64,000 bases of DNA, from positions 2,799-66,798 of the forward strand of contig JBDTJH010000210.1 of assembly GCA_039935955.1 (NCBI GenBank), given 5' to 3'. This document shows positions 53,714-62,391 of this stretch, piece after piece. Both the position numbers and the translations under genes were made by a program. The notes beneath the pieces are model-generated. The model did not search any database. It worked only from the letters and a program-made list of their open reading frames with translations, and was not told the origin of the DNA. The DNA comes from Gemmatimonadaceae bacterium. Its GTDB lineage: Bacteria; Gemmatimonadota; Gemmatimonadetes; Gemmatimonadales; Gemmatimonadaceae. Position 1 is the stretch's first letter. Every line of letters starts with the position of its first letter.

Positions 53714-53735
53714 TCGTTCGGCATATGCCGAACGA
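53714..53735. promoter_or_regulatory. Perfect 22-nt palindrome in the divergent promoter region (candidate dimeric-regulator operator)
   Basis: The sequence is TCGTTCGGCAT|ATGCCGAACGA, with 11-bp arms and no spacer. It lies 73 nt from the methyltransferase start and 67 nt from the rfbB start. Confidence 0.5.
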
Positions 53736-53801
53736 TACGAAACAGCACAGAATCCTGCCGATGTCCGTGCGCGACTCTGTCGGAAGTGCGATACTCCGCC
53801 C

Positions 53802-54899
53802 ATGTCCTCGGAGCTCATCATCGTCACCGGCGGCGCCGGCTTCATTGGCTCCGCGCTCGTGCGCAAGCTGATCGCCGAATCCGACGTCTCCGTCGTGACC
53901 GTCGACAAGCTGACATATGCCGGAAATCTGGAGTCGCTGTCTCCCGTGGCCGCCAACCCGCGCCACCACTTCGAGCAGGTCGACATCTGCGACGCGCCGG
54001 CGCTGCGGAAGCTATTCACCCGCTACGAGCCCAGCGCCGTGATGCATCTGGCCGCGGAGTCGCACGTCGACCGTTCGATCGACGGCCCCGCCGCCTTCAT
54101 CCAGACGAATGTGGTAGGTACGTTCACGTTGCTCGACCAGACGCGGCGCTATTGGGACGAGCTCTCCGGTGCCCGGCGCGCCGCGTTCCGCTTCCTCCAC
54201 GTCTCCACCGACGAGGTGTTCGGCTCGCTGGGAGCGTGCGGCAAGTTCGACGAGACCACACCGTACGCGCCGAGCTCCCCCTACTCGGCGAGCAAGGCGG
54301 GCTCCGATCACCTGGTGCGGGCGTGGCACCACACGTATGGGCTCCCCGTCCTCACGACGAATTGCTCCAACAACTATGGACCGTACCAGTTTCCCGAAAA
54401 GCTCATCCCGCTCGTGATCCTCAACGCGTTGGAAGGACAGCCGCTCCCGGTGTATGGCGGCGGCGAGAACGTGCGGGACTGGCTCTATATCGATGATCAC
54501 GCGGACGCCCTGGTGACGGTGCTCGACCGAGGCCAACCCGGCGAGACGTACTGCATAGGCGGCGACAACGAGCGGCGAAACATCGATGTCGTCAGAGCGA
54601 TCTGCGCGATCGTGGACGAGCTGGCGCCACGCGCGGAGGGATCGCGCGAGCAGCTGATCGCGTTCGTTCCGGATCGCCCCGGCCACGACCTCCGCTACGC
54701 GATCGATGCGAGCAAGATCACGCGTCAGCTGGGCTGGGCTCCGCGCGAGACGTTCGAAAGTGGACTGCGCGCGACGGTTCGATGGTACCTCGAGCACCGC
54801 GAATGGTGGGAACGCGTCCGGTCGGGTGCGTATCGGGGCGAGCGCCTTGGACTCGGCGCCGGCGGAGAGGTGTCGGCGCCCACCGTGGTGTCGGCATGA
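53802..54899 (+). CDS. rfbB: dTDP-glucose 4,6-dehydratase
   Basis: Motifs are [23 protein letters not shown] and [10 protein letters not shown] (YxxxK). The protein aligns end to end with my recollection of RmlB. Confidence 0.95.
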   Translation: MSSELIIVTGGAGFIGSALVRKLIAESDVSVVTVDKLTYAGNLESLSPVAANPRHHFEQVDICDAPALRKLFTRYEPSAVMHLAAESHVDRSIDGPAAFIQTNVVGTFTLLDQTRRYWDELSGARRAAFRFLHVSTDEVFGSLGACGKFDETTPYAPSSPYSASKAGSDHLVRAWHHTYGLPVLTTNCSNNYGPYQFPEKLIPLVILNALEGQPLPVYGGGENVRDWLYIDDHADALVTVLDRGQPGETYCIGGDNERRNIDVVRAICAIVDELAPRAEGSREQLIAFVPDRPGHDLRYAIDASKITRQLGWAPRETFESGLRATVRWYLEHREWWERVRSGAYRGERLGLGAGGEVSAPTVVSA

Positions 54900-55783
54900 C
54901 GGGGCGAAAGGGAATCATCCTCGCAGGCGGATCGGGGACGCGGCTGTATCCGATCACGCGGGTGGTGAGCAAGCAGCTCCTGCCGGTATACGACAAGCCG
55001 ATGATCTACTATCCGCTCTCGGTCCTGATGCTCGCGGGCATCCGGGACGTGCTCGTCATCTCCACGCCGTCGGATTTGCCGCGCTTCGAGCAGCTGCTCG
55101 GTGACGGATCCGAATGGGGGATGTGCTTCCAGTACGCGGCGCAGCCCGCGCCCGATGGGCTGGCGCAGGCGTTCATTCTCGGACGGGATTTCGTGGGCAG
55201 CGACGGCGCCGCGCTCGCGCTCGGAGACAACATCTTCTACGGCCATGGCCTCAGCCAGATCGTACAGGACGCGGCGGCACAGACGAAGGGCGCGACGATC
55301 TTCGGCTACTGGGTCCGCGATCCTGAACGATACGGCGTGGCCGAGCTGCGGGCGGACGGCAGCGTCGCGAACATCGAGGAGAAACCGGCGCGTCCGCGTT
55401 CGAATTACGCGGTCACAGGTCTTTACTTCTACGACAACGACGTCCTCGACATCGCCGCGAGCCTGCAGCCCTCGGCGCGCCGAGAGCTCGAGATCACCGA
55501 CGTGAACCGCATGTATCTCGAGCGCGGTCAGCTACGCATGCGCGTCCTTGGTCGAGGCATGGCGTGGCTCGACACGGGCACGCACGAGTCGCTGCAGGAA
55601 GCATCGAACTTCATCGAGACGATCGAGAAGCGGCAGGGGCTAAAGGTGTCGTGCCCGGAGGAGGTCGCATTCCGGATGGGCTTCATCGACGCCGAGCAGG
55701 TGAGACGTCTGGCGGCGCCGCTGCGGACCAGCGCCTATGGCGCGTACCTGCTGGATCTCGTCGATCGAGCGGACCACCCATGA
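54896..55783 (+). CDS. rfbA: Glucose-1-phosphate thymidylyltransferase
   Basis: Motifs are [33 protein letters not shown] and LGDNIFYG. The start overlaps the rfbB stop as ATGA. Confidence 0.96.
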   Translation: MTGRKGIILAGGSGTRLYPITRVVSKQLLPVYDKPMIYYPLSVLMLAGIRDVLVISTPSDLPRFEQLLGDGSEWGMCFQYAAQPAPDGLAQAFILGRDFVGSDGAALALGDNIFYGHGLSQIVQDAAAQTKGATIFGYWVRDPERYGVAELRADGSVANIEEKPARPRSNYAVTGLYFYDNDVLDIAASLQPSARRELEITDVNRMYLERGQLRMRVLGRGMAWLDTGTHESLQEASNFIETIEKRQGLKVSCPEEVAFRMGFIDAEQVRRLAAPLRTSAYGAYLLDLVDRADHP

Positions 55784-56343
55784 ACGTCGTCGCGGGATCG
55801 CTGCCGGGTGTACTGATCTTCGAACCACCCAGCTTTCCCGACGCGCGCGGGAGCTTCCGCGAACTGTACCGCGCGCCGCGCTACGCCGACGCCGGACTCA
55901 CGGAGACATTCGTTCAGGACAATCTGTCTCGATCCTCGCAGCACACGCTGCGCGGCCTGCATCTGCAAAATCCGGGAGCACAGGGCAAGCTCGTGATGGT
56001 GCTCGATGGCGCAGTGTACGACGTCGCGGTGGACGTCCGGCGTGGCTCTCCCACCTTTGGCAGCTGGGAAGGGTTCGAGCTGAACGCGGAGAATGGTCGA
56101 CAGGCCTACCTGCCACCGGGAGTAGCGCACGGCTTTCTCGTCCTGAGCGAGAGCGCACTCGTCATGTACAAATGCACTGCGCTTTACGGCCCGAGCAACG
56201 AGCTATGCGTGAGGTGGGACGATCCCGCGCTTCGCATCGAATGGCCAGTCGGAAGACCAGTGCTCTCCGCGCGCGATGCCGGAGCGCCGTCGCTCGACCA
56301 GATCCCGCTCGAGCGCCTGCCACGCTTCGAAGCGTCGCGGTGA
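55780..56343 (+). CDS. rfbC: dTDP-4-dehydrorhamnose 3,5-epimerase
   Basis: Motifs are [34 protein letters not shown] and PPGVAHGF. The start overlaps the upstream stop as ATGA. Confidence 0.94.
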   Translation: MNVVAGSLPGVLIFEPPSFPDARGSFRELYRAPRYADAGLTETFVQDNLSRSSQHTLRGLHLQNPGAQGKLVMVLDGAVYDVAVDVRRGSPTFGSWEGFELNAENGRQAYLPPGVAHGFLVLSESALVMYKCTALYGPSNELCVRWDDPALRIEWPVGRPVLSARDAGAPSLDQIPLERLPRFEASR

Positions 56344-57266
56344 GCGATCGGGACGCACGGCCGCCGACGATTCTGCTCACCGGTGCCGCCGGCCAGGTGG
56401 GAATGGAGCTGCGTCGCAGCCTCGCTCCCCTCGGACACGTCGTCGCACTCTGCCGGTCGGAGCTCGACCTGGCCGAGCACGGGCGCATCGCCGAGATCGT
56501 GGAGGCGGTGGCGCCCGCGGTGATCGTGAATGCGGCGGCCTACACCGCAGTGGACCTGGCCGAATCGGAGCGAGACGCCGCCTTTGCGATCAACGCCACG
56601 GCGCCGCGCGTACTCGCCGAGTCGGCGGCGCGCGCGGGCGCGGCCATGGTGCACTTCTCGACCGATTACGTCTTCGACGGCACCAAGACGACAGCGTATC
56701 TCGAAGACGATGTCCCAGCTCCGCTCAGCGTGTATGGCAGCAGCAAGCTTGCGGGAGACGAGGCGGTGATAGGCGCCGGAATCCCTCATCTCGTGCTACG
56801 AACGAGTTGGGTATACGCGGCGCGGGGTCGCAACTTCCTGCGCTCGATGCTGCGTCTCGCGCACGAGTGCACCGAGTTGGCTGTGGTCGCTGACCAGTTC
56901 GGAGCCCCCACGCCGGCCCGATTGATCGCCGATGTCACCGCGCTGCTGCTGGAGAATGGGCGCGGCCCAACGGGCTTTCGCTTTCCCTCATGGCTGAGCG
57001 GCGTGTACAACGTGACGGCGAGAGGGGTCGCCAGCTGGTATGATCTAGCCACGGCCATCGTCGCGCTCGATCCGCGGCGTGAGCGCCAGACGGTCCATCA
57101 CATTCGCGCGCTCACGACGGCCGAATATCCAACTCCCGCTCGGCGACCGACGAACTCTCGCCTCGATCCGGGAAAGCTCGAACGGACGCTCGGGGTCCGA
57201 ATGCCCGAATGGGAGGCGCAGCTCGAGACGGTGATGCGGGAGTTGTCGATACAGGAAACCGCGTAG
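56340..57266 (+). CDS. rfbD: dTDP-4-dehydrorhamnose reductase
   Basis: Motifs are ILLTGAAGQVG, NAAAYTAVD and YGSSKLAGD (YxxxK). The GTG start overlaps the upstream stop as GTGA. Confidence 0.92.
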   Translation: MSDRDARPPTILLTGAAGQVGMELRRSLAPLGHVVALCRSELDLAEHGRIAEIVEAVAPAVIVNAAAYTAVDLAESERDAAFAINATAPRVLAESAARAGAAMVHFSTDYVFDGTKTTAYLEDDVPAPLSVYGSSKLAGDEAVIGAGIPHLVLRTSWVYAARGRNFLRSMLRLAHECTELAVVADQFGAPTPARLIADVTALLLENGRGPTGFRFPSWLSGVYNVTARGVASWYDLATAIVALDPRRERQTVHHIRALTTAEYPTPARRPTNSRLDPGKLERTLGVRMPEWEAQLETVMRELSIQETA

Positions 57267-57297
57267 ACAAAGCGACGCCTATATCTGTCATCCGCCG

Positions 57298-59127
57298 CTA
57301 TCCCGCGGTCGTGCCGTGGAGAATGCCCGAGCGTATCCGCACGGCCTTCGCCGATGCACCGGGTAGTAGTACGATACGGAGCTGCACGCGCCATGTGAAC
57401 TGCAGCGGCGCCGCGAGCGACAGCTGCTTCCCTTCACGCACGACGGTCACGGGAACGATCACGTTCGGCGAATTTCCGTACTTCACCAGCAGATGCTGCG
57501 ACAGCGACTCGGCGTCGCCAGGGATGTCGCCCACCGACACGAGATCGTCGCCCGGCCGCACCCCCGCCTGCTCCGCCGTCGATCCCGGCGTCACGGCCGT
57601 GATGCGCGTGCCGTTCTCCTCGGCCCCCATCGTGACGCCGAGTACGGGCGTGCGCGTCGAGTCCCGCAAGAGCTGCAGCCCAGCGAGCGGAAGCACCGTC
57701 GACCACGGGTACGGCTCGCGCCCGTCGACGTAGCGCGCGTCGAAGTCGGCGAAGGACTTGCCGCCAGCGGCGCTCTGCACCGCTTTCCACCATTGCTCGC
57801 CCGTGAATCCCTTTCCCGCCTTGTACGCATCGCGATAGAGCCCGCGCATCACGTCGTCGAGTGAACGATGGTTGTCGCTCGCATCGCGGATGAGGATGTC
57901 GAGCATCAGTCCCGCCAGCGATCCCTTCGGGTAGTAGGCATCAGCGGTGCCATCGGTCGGATGGATCCACGCGGACAGCGACGCGTCGTCGAGTCCGAAG
58001 GGCGGAAGCGCCGCGACCTCGCCGATCTTCCCCGCCGTGGTCGCGAAGAACGCGGCGCTGTCCGTCACGCCGCTTCGCACGAGGGCGACATCCGCGTAAT
58101 AGTCGGTGACCCCTTCGCTCACCCAGAGCCACGACGTCGGCTGCTCGTGCGCGTACTGGTACGGCCACATGTCGGAGGGACGCAGTCGCTTCACATTCCA
58201 CGCGTGGAAGATCTCGTGCGCATACACCGATGTGAGCACGGGCTGCCCGATTACGAACGGAGTGGTGAGATCGACGTGCGAGTTCTGATGCTCGAGCCCC
58301 ACGATGGCGGAGAACGTCGAATCGGCGATCTGCATCACGGTGTACGTCTTCCACGGCGTCTCTCCGAACACCGCGGACTCGACGCCGATGATCTTCGAGA
58401 GATCACTCAACGTCGCGGCGCGCCGGGGGAGCGACTCGATCGATGCAGGATAGCTCGCGAAGCGCAGCCAGCCATCGCCGACACGGATGCTATCGAGGTC
58501 GAAGTGGCCGGCGACGATCGGCATGTCGACGAGGTCGTGATAATTCTGCGCGCTGAACGAGTTGCCCGCGCCGCCGGTCATCCCGGTGACGACGCGCCAG
58601 CTCGCCGGCACGCGCAGCGCGACGGTGCTCGGAAAGTCGAACGGGCGTCCGGCGGGATACAGAAAGAGATTCGCACCGTTGAGCAGCGCGAAGCCGGGTT
58701 GGCTCCACGAGTTCGAGTTGTCGAGCGAATCGTTCTTGTACTCGAAGGACACGAGTATCGTGCCCGCGCCGGTCGGTCGCACGCGCCACGTCTGGTAATC
58801 AGCCTTGTCCCATGCGAGAGTTTTGTCGCCACTCGTCGCAGAGAACGCGGAGACGTATTTCGCCCAGTAGGCCAACTCGTACGACCCCGGCGTCCACGCG
58901 GGAAGTGCGAGCAGCACCGGATCAGCCGACGCCACCGAGAAGGTCATCGCAACGCGGATCGTGCGACGCGCGGCATCCGCGCTGTCGATCGCGATACGAT
59001 AGGCGACGGCAGAGATCGGCGCTGAGATCGGACTGCTCTGCGGGACGGCGGTCTGCGCTTTGGCGGTTACAGCGAAGGCCATGAGCAGCGTGGCTGAAAG
59101 CAGAGTCCGTCTAGGCAAACAGTTCAT
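57298..59127 (-). CDS. M61-family metallopeptidase (glycyl aminopeptidase-like) with a C-terminal PDZ domain, secreted
   Basis: The signal peptide begins MNCLPRRTLLSATLLMAFAVTAKAQ. The zinc motif is YAHEIFHAWNVKR. The PDZ-like region reads GVRPGDDLVSVGDIP. Confidence 0.88.
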   Translation of the reverse strand: MNCLPRRTLLSATLLMAFAVTAKAQTAVPQSSPISAPISAVAYRIAIDSADAARRTIRVAMTFSVASADPVLLALPAWTPGSYELAYWAKYVSAFSATSGDKTLAWDKADYQTWRVRPTGAGTILVSFEYKNDSLDNSNSWSQPGFALLNGANLFLYPAGRPFDFPSTVALRVPASWRVVTGMTGGAGNSFSAQNYHDLVDMPIVAGHFDLDSIRVGDGWLRFASYPASIESLPRRAATLSDLSKIIGVESAVFGETPWKTYTVMQIADSTFSAIVGLEHQNSHVDLTTPFVIGQPVLTSVYAHEIFHAWNVKRLRPSDMWPYQYAHEQPTSWLWVSEGVTDYYADVALVRSGVTDSAAFFATTAGKIGEVAALPPFGLDDASLSAWIHPTDGTADAYYPKGSLAGLMLDILIRDASDNHRSLDDVMRGLYRDAYKAGKGFTGEQWWKAVQSAAGGKSFADFDARYVDGREPYPWSTVLPLAGLQLLRDSTRTPVLGVTMGAEENGTRITAVTPGSTAEQAGVRPGDDLVSVGDIPGDAESLSQHLLVKYGNSPNVIVPVTVVREGKQLSLAAPLQFTWRVQLRIVLLPGASAKAVRIRSGILHGTTAG

Positions 59128-59279
59128 GCGAATGCTGGGTAGGAGTTCGGTCAAGCTAACCCCCAACTGACCGTCCGCCATGCACTTTCGGGCTCATGAA
59201 TTGCATTAGAGCTGTGAAGACCCGAACTCCATACTGCGCAACGAGATACGCGGTTTAATCCGAGCCTGGCAGCGCTACC

Positions 59280-61211
59280 GTGCACTTTATATCTCGACTT
59301 CCATTCCCCGTATTGGGGATCGACGAACAAGGGACGATTCACGAGAGCAACGGAGCTCTCGAGCGGGAGCTGGGGTTGACCGGCACGCTCCAGAATCATT
59401 CGATTGCGGAGAGCCTCGCCCCCGGATCCGACCACGCCGTCGCGACGATCCTCGGCGACGGGGCGAATCAAAGCCCCGTCGTCCAGCTGACCTTTGCCGG
59501 CGCGAACGCCAGCCCCCGCTCTTTCTACGTGACGGTCGACGGTGCCACGCGGTGGCTCATCGGCCAGCCGCTCGAGCTCGATGTGCAGCGCGAAGCATTG
59601 GAAAGCGCGCATCTACGCGCGGAGGCGCAGACCGACGAGTACGCACGCATCAGCCAGGAGCTTCTGACCGCCAACGAGCAGCTCGCGCATCGCGCGCGCG
59701 CACTGGTCGAGGCGAGCGAAGCGAAGGCGCGCTTTCTCGCCACGATGTCGCACGAGCTCCGCACGCCGCTCAACGCGGTGCTCGGCTACGCCGGACTGTT
59801 GCGCGATGGCGTCTACGGACCGGTGAGCGAGCAGCAGGAGCGCGCGGTGCAGGCGATCGTGCGCCGCGCGAAGGACCTGCAGCTGCTCATCGACGACGTG
59901 CTCGATCTCTCGAAGATCGAATCCGGTCGCGTCGAGCTTCGCGTGGATGAATTCGATCCGAGCGCGGTGCTGGCAGAGGTGAAGGACGCGATCGGCTCGT
60001 TCGCGCGCGACAAGAATCTGCGCGTCACCCTGCGCACGAAGATGCAGCGGCGCGTGCGTCTCGATCGCGCGAAGTATCGGCAGGTGGTGCTCAACCTCGC
60101 GTCGAACGCGGTGAAGTTCACTCCCGAGGGCGGCGAGGTGGAGCTCTCGGTGGAGGAGGGCGATCACGACACTGTGCTTACGCACGTGCGCGATACCGGC
60201 ATCGGCATCGCGCCCGAAAATCTCAGCGTCATCTTCGACGACTTTCAGCAGGTCGAGTCGGGGACGACGCGCCGCTTCCAGGGGATCGGGCTCGGCCTTG
60301 CGATCGTGAAGCGCACCGTCGAGCTGCTGGGCGGCGCGGTCACGGTGACGAGCGAGCCGGGGCGCGGCACCGCCTTTTCGCTGAGCTTCCCGATTCGGCC
60401 GGAGGGCGAGGCGCTCGTCGGCGAGAGCGGCGCGATTCCAGACGACGCGATGATGTCCAACGATCCGATCATCGTGGCGATCGACGACGATCCCGAGGTG
60501 ATCGCACTCCTCCGCGACTCGCTCGCGCCGGCGCACTTTCGCGTGGTGGGCGCGCTCACCGGTGATCGCGGGATGGAGCTCGCGCGCATCCTCAAGCCGT
60601 TCGCGATCACGCTCGACATCATGATGCCGGAAAAGGATGGCTGGCAGGTGCTGCGCGAGGTCAAGGCAGATCCGGAGCTCTGCCGGATTCCGGTCGTCGT
60701 GATGTCGATCGTCTCCGAGCGCTCCCTCGGCTTTTCGCTCGGTGTCACCGACTATCTCGTGAAGCCGGTGGACCGGCGCGTGCTGATCGAGGTACTCGAG
60801 CGTCTCCGCGAACGGAAGGTGATGCAGACGGCGCTCGTGGTCGACAATGACTATGACGCGCGCACGCTACTCGCCGATCTCCTTCGCTCGCTCGGTGTGC
60901 GCGTGCGTACCTGCGACACGAGCGTGGCGTGCATCGACGCGCTGCAGAAGGAGCCGGCCGATCTCCTTTTTCTCGACGTGGAGATGCCGGAGAAGGAGGT
61001 CGCACGGATCATGGACTTCGTTTCGAGCGATCATCGCTTCGAGAACACGCGCACGGTGGTGATCACGCGAAACGACTCGACCGGCGATCAGCGGGAATGG
61101 ATGCGCCGCGCGGCGGCCGAGATCGTGTACGAGGGTCACGAGCACTCGGACACGCTGCTGCACGACCTACGCGGCGCATTGACGGCGCTGGGGGCGACAG
61201 TCGAGGGTTAG
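59280..61211 (+). CDS. Cytoplasmic hybrid sensor histidine kinase with two receiver domains
   Basis: The H-box is FLATMSHELRTPLN. ATPase boxes are LASNAVKFT, DTGIGI and GIGLGLAIV. REC1 contains ITLDIMMPEKDGW and REC2 contains LLFLDVEMPEKE. No TM segment is evident. The start is GTG. Confidence 0.9.
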   Translation: MHFISRLPFPVLGIDEQGTIHESNGALERELGLTGTLQNHSIAESLAPGSDHAVATILGDGANQSPVVQLTFAGANASPRSFYVTVDGATRWLIGQPLELDVQREALESAHLRAEAQTDEYARISQELLTANEQLAHRARALVEASEAKARFLATMSHELRTPLNAVLGYAGLLRDGVYGPVSEQQERAVQAIVRRAKDLQLLIDDVLDLSKIESGRVELRVDEFDPSAVLAEVKDAIGSFARDKNLRVTLRTKMQRRVRLDRAKYRQVVLNLASNAVKFTPEGGEVELSVEEGDHDTVLTHVRDTGIGIAPENLSVIFDDFQQVESGTTRRFQGIGLGLAIVKRTVELLGGAVTVTSEPGRGTAFSLSFPIRPEGEALVGESGAIPDDAMMSNDPIIVAIDDDPEVIALLRDSLAPAHFRVVGALTGDRGMELARILKPFAITLDIMMPEKDGWQVLREVKADPELCRIPVVVMSIVSERSLGFSLGVTDYLVKPVDRRVLIEVLERLRERKVMQTALVVDNDYDARTLLADLLRSLGVRVRTCDTSVACIDALQKEPADLLFLDVEMPEKEVARIMDFVSSDHRFENTRTVVITRNDSTGDQREWMRRAAAEIVYEGHEHSDTLLHDLRGALTALGATVEG

Positions 61212-61289
61212 CGGGGGGAAGAGGCGTCAACGATGAATAGCGATCGCCAATTGGCTTCGTATCCTCGGCGCGACTGCTCTTCCCCCCGC
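61211..61289. repeat. 79-nt hyphenated palindrome: perfect 13-bp outer arms plus a central 10-nt palindrome
   Basis: The left arm GCGGGGGGAAGAG (61211-61223) pairs with CTCTTCCCCCCGC (61277-61289). GCCAATTGGC (61246-61255) sits at the symmetry centre. The interior is partially symmetric. The element begins at the last base of the kinase stop codon. Confidence 0.6.
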
Positions 61290-61365
61290 ATGTGCAACTC
61301 CGCGAGCGGGCGACGTCCCATGTGTGTGCGAGCCATGACGACTCGCCGCTCACACCGAGGACGAT

Positions 61366-62307
61366 ATGCGGAGTGTCCCAATTCTGCTGTGCATCGCTGC
61401 GCTGATCACCGCCTGCCATCGTGATTCCGCGCGCCCCGCCGAGAAGGAGCTCGACGCGGTGTCGCAGTCAGAGCCGGAGCGGAAGGACGTGGCGCTCATG
61501 GCGAAGGTCTCCGGCACCGTTGCCAGCGACATGGCGCGCGCCGAGTCGCCGGCGGCGGCACCGCAGCCAGACGGCTCGTCTTCGCAGATGCCGAGCGCGC
61601 ACTCCGTGAGCGATTCCATCATCGCCTCGATGATCATCCGCACCGGACAGGCGAGCGTGCAGGTGGACTCCCTCGAGCTCGGGATTCGCGCGGTGCGCGT
61701 GCTCGCGACGCGCGTGGGCGGCTACGTGGCGAACAGCACGATCTCCTCGGGGCACAACGAGATGCACTCGGCGACACTCGAGATCAAGATCCCCGCGACG
61801 CACTTCGACGAGGCCGTCAACGGGCTTCAGCCGATCGGATCGCTCGAGTCGGTGAGCGTCAGCGCGGAAGATGTCGGCGAGGAGTTCGTCGACGTCGCGG
61901 CGCGCGCGGAGAACGGCCACAAGCTCGAGCAGCGGCTCATCGACATCCTCGGTACGCGAACGGGGAAGCTCAGCGACGTGCTCGCGGTCGAGCGCGAGCT
62001 CGCGCGCGTGCGCGAGGACATCGAGCGGCAGGAAGGTCGGATGCGCTATCTGCGTACCCGTGCGGCGATGAGCACGCTCTCGGTGACGGTGCACGAGAAA
62101 GCGGCCGTGGTCGCGGGCACGGGAAGCGGCGGCGTACTCGCTGAAGCCTTCCGTCAGGCGTGGCGCAACTTCATCGCCTTCATCGCGGGCGCCATCGCCG
62201 CGATGGGCACACTCCTTCCGCTCGGCGCCATCGTGGCGGTGATCGCGTGGCTCGTCTGGCGGGCGCGCCGGGCTCGCGGAGCCACGACGGAGGTGCACCC
62301 CGGATAG
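61366..62307 (+). CDS. DUF4349-family lipoprotein with a C-terminal TM anchor
   Basis: The lipobox is CIAALITAC. The family-like core reads SATLEIKIPATHFDEAVNGL...VSAEDVGEEFVDVAARAENGHKLEQRL. A coiled coil and a C-terminal TM helix follow. Confidence 0.75.
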   Translation: MRSVPILLCIAALITACHRDSARPAEKELDAVSQSEPERKDVALMAKVSGTVASDMARAESPAAAPQPDGSSSQMPSAHSVSDSIIASMIIRTGQASVQVDSLELGIRAVRVLATRVGGYVANSTISSGHNEMHSATLEIKIPATHFDEAVNGLQPIGSLESVSVSAEDVGEEFVDVAARAENGHKLEQRLIDILGTRTGKLSDVLAVERELARVREDIERQEGRMRYLRTRAAMSTLSVTVHEKAAVVAGTGSGGVLAEAFRQAWRNFIAFIAGAIAAMGTLLPLGAIVAVIAWLVWRARRARGATTEVHPG

Positions 62308-62391
62308 GCAGTACGTCCGCTTCGGCCCGGTGTCTCTTCCCCGGGTCGATGCCGCCCGTCCATATTGCCCCCGTCACTCGACGAGGAGCAC

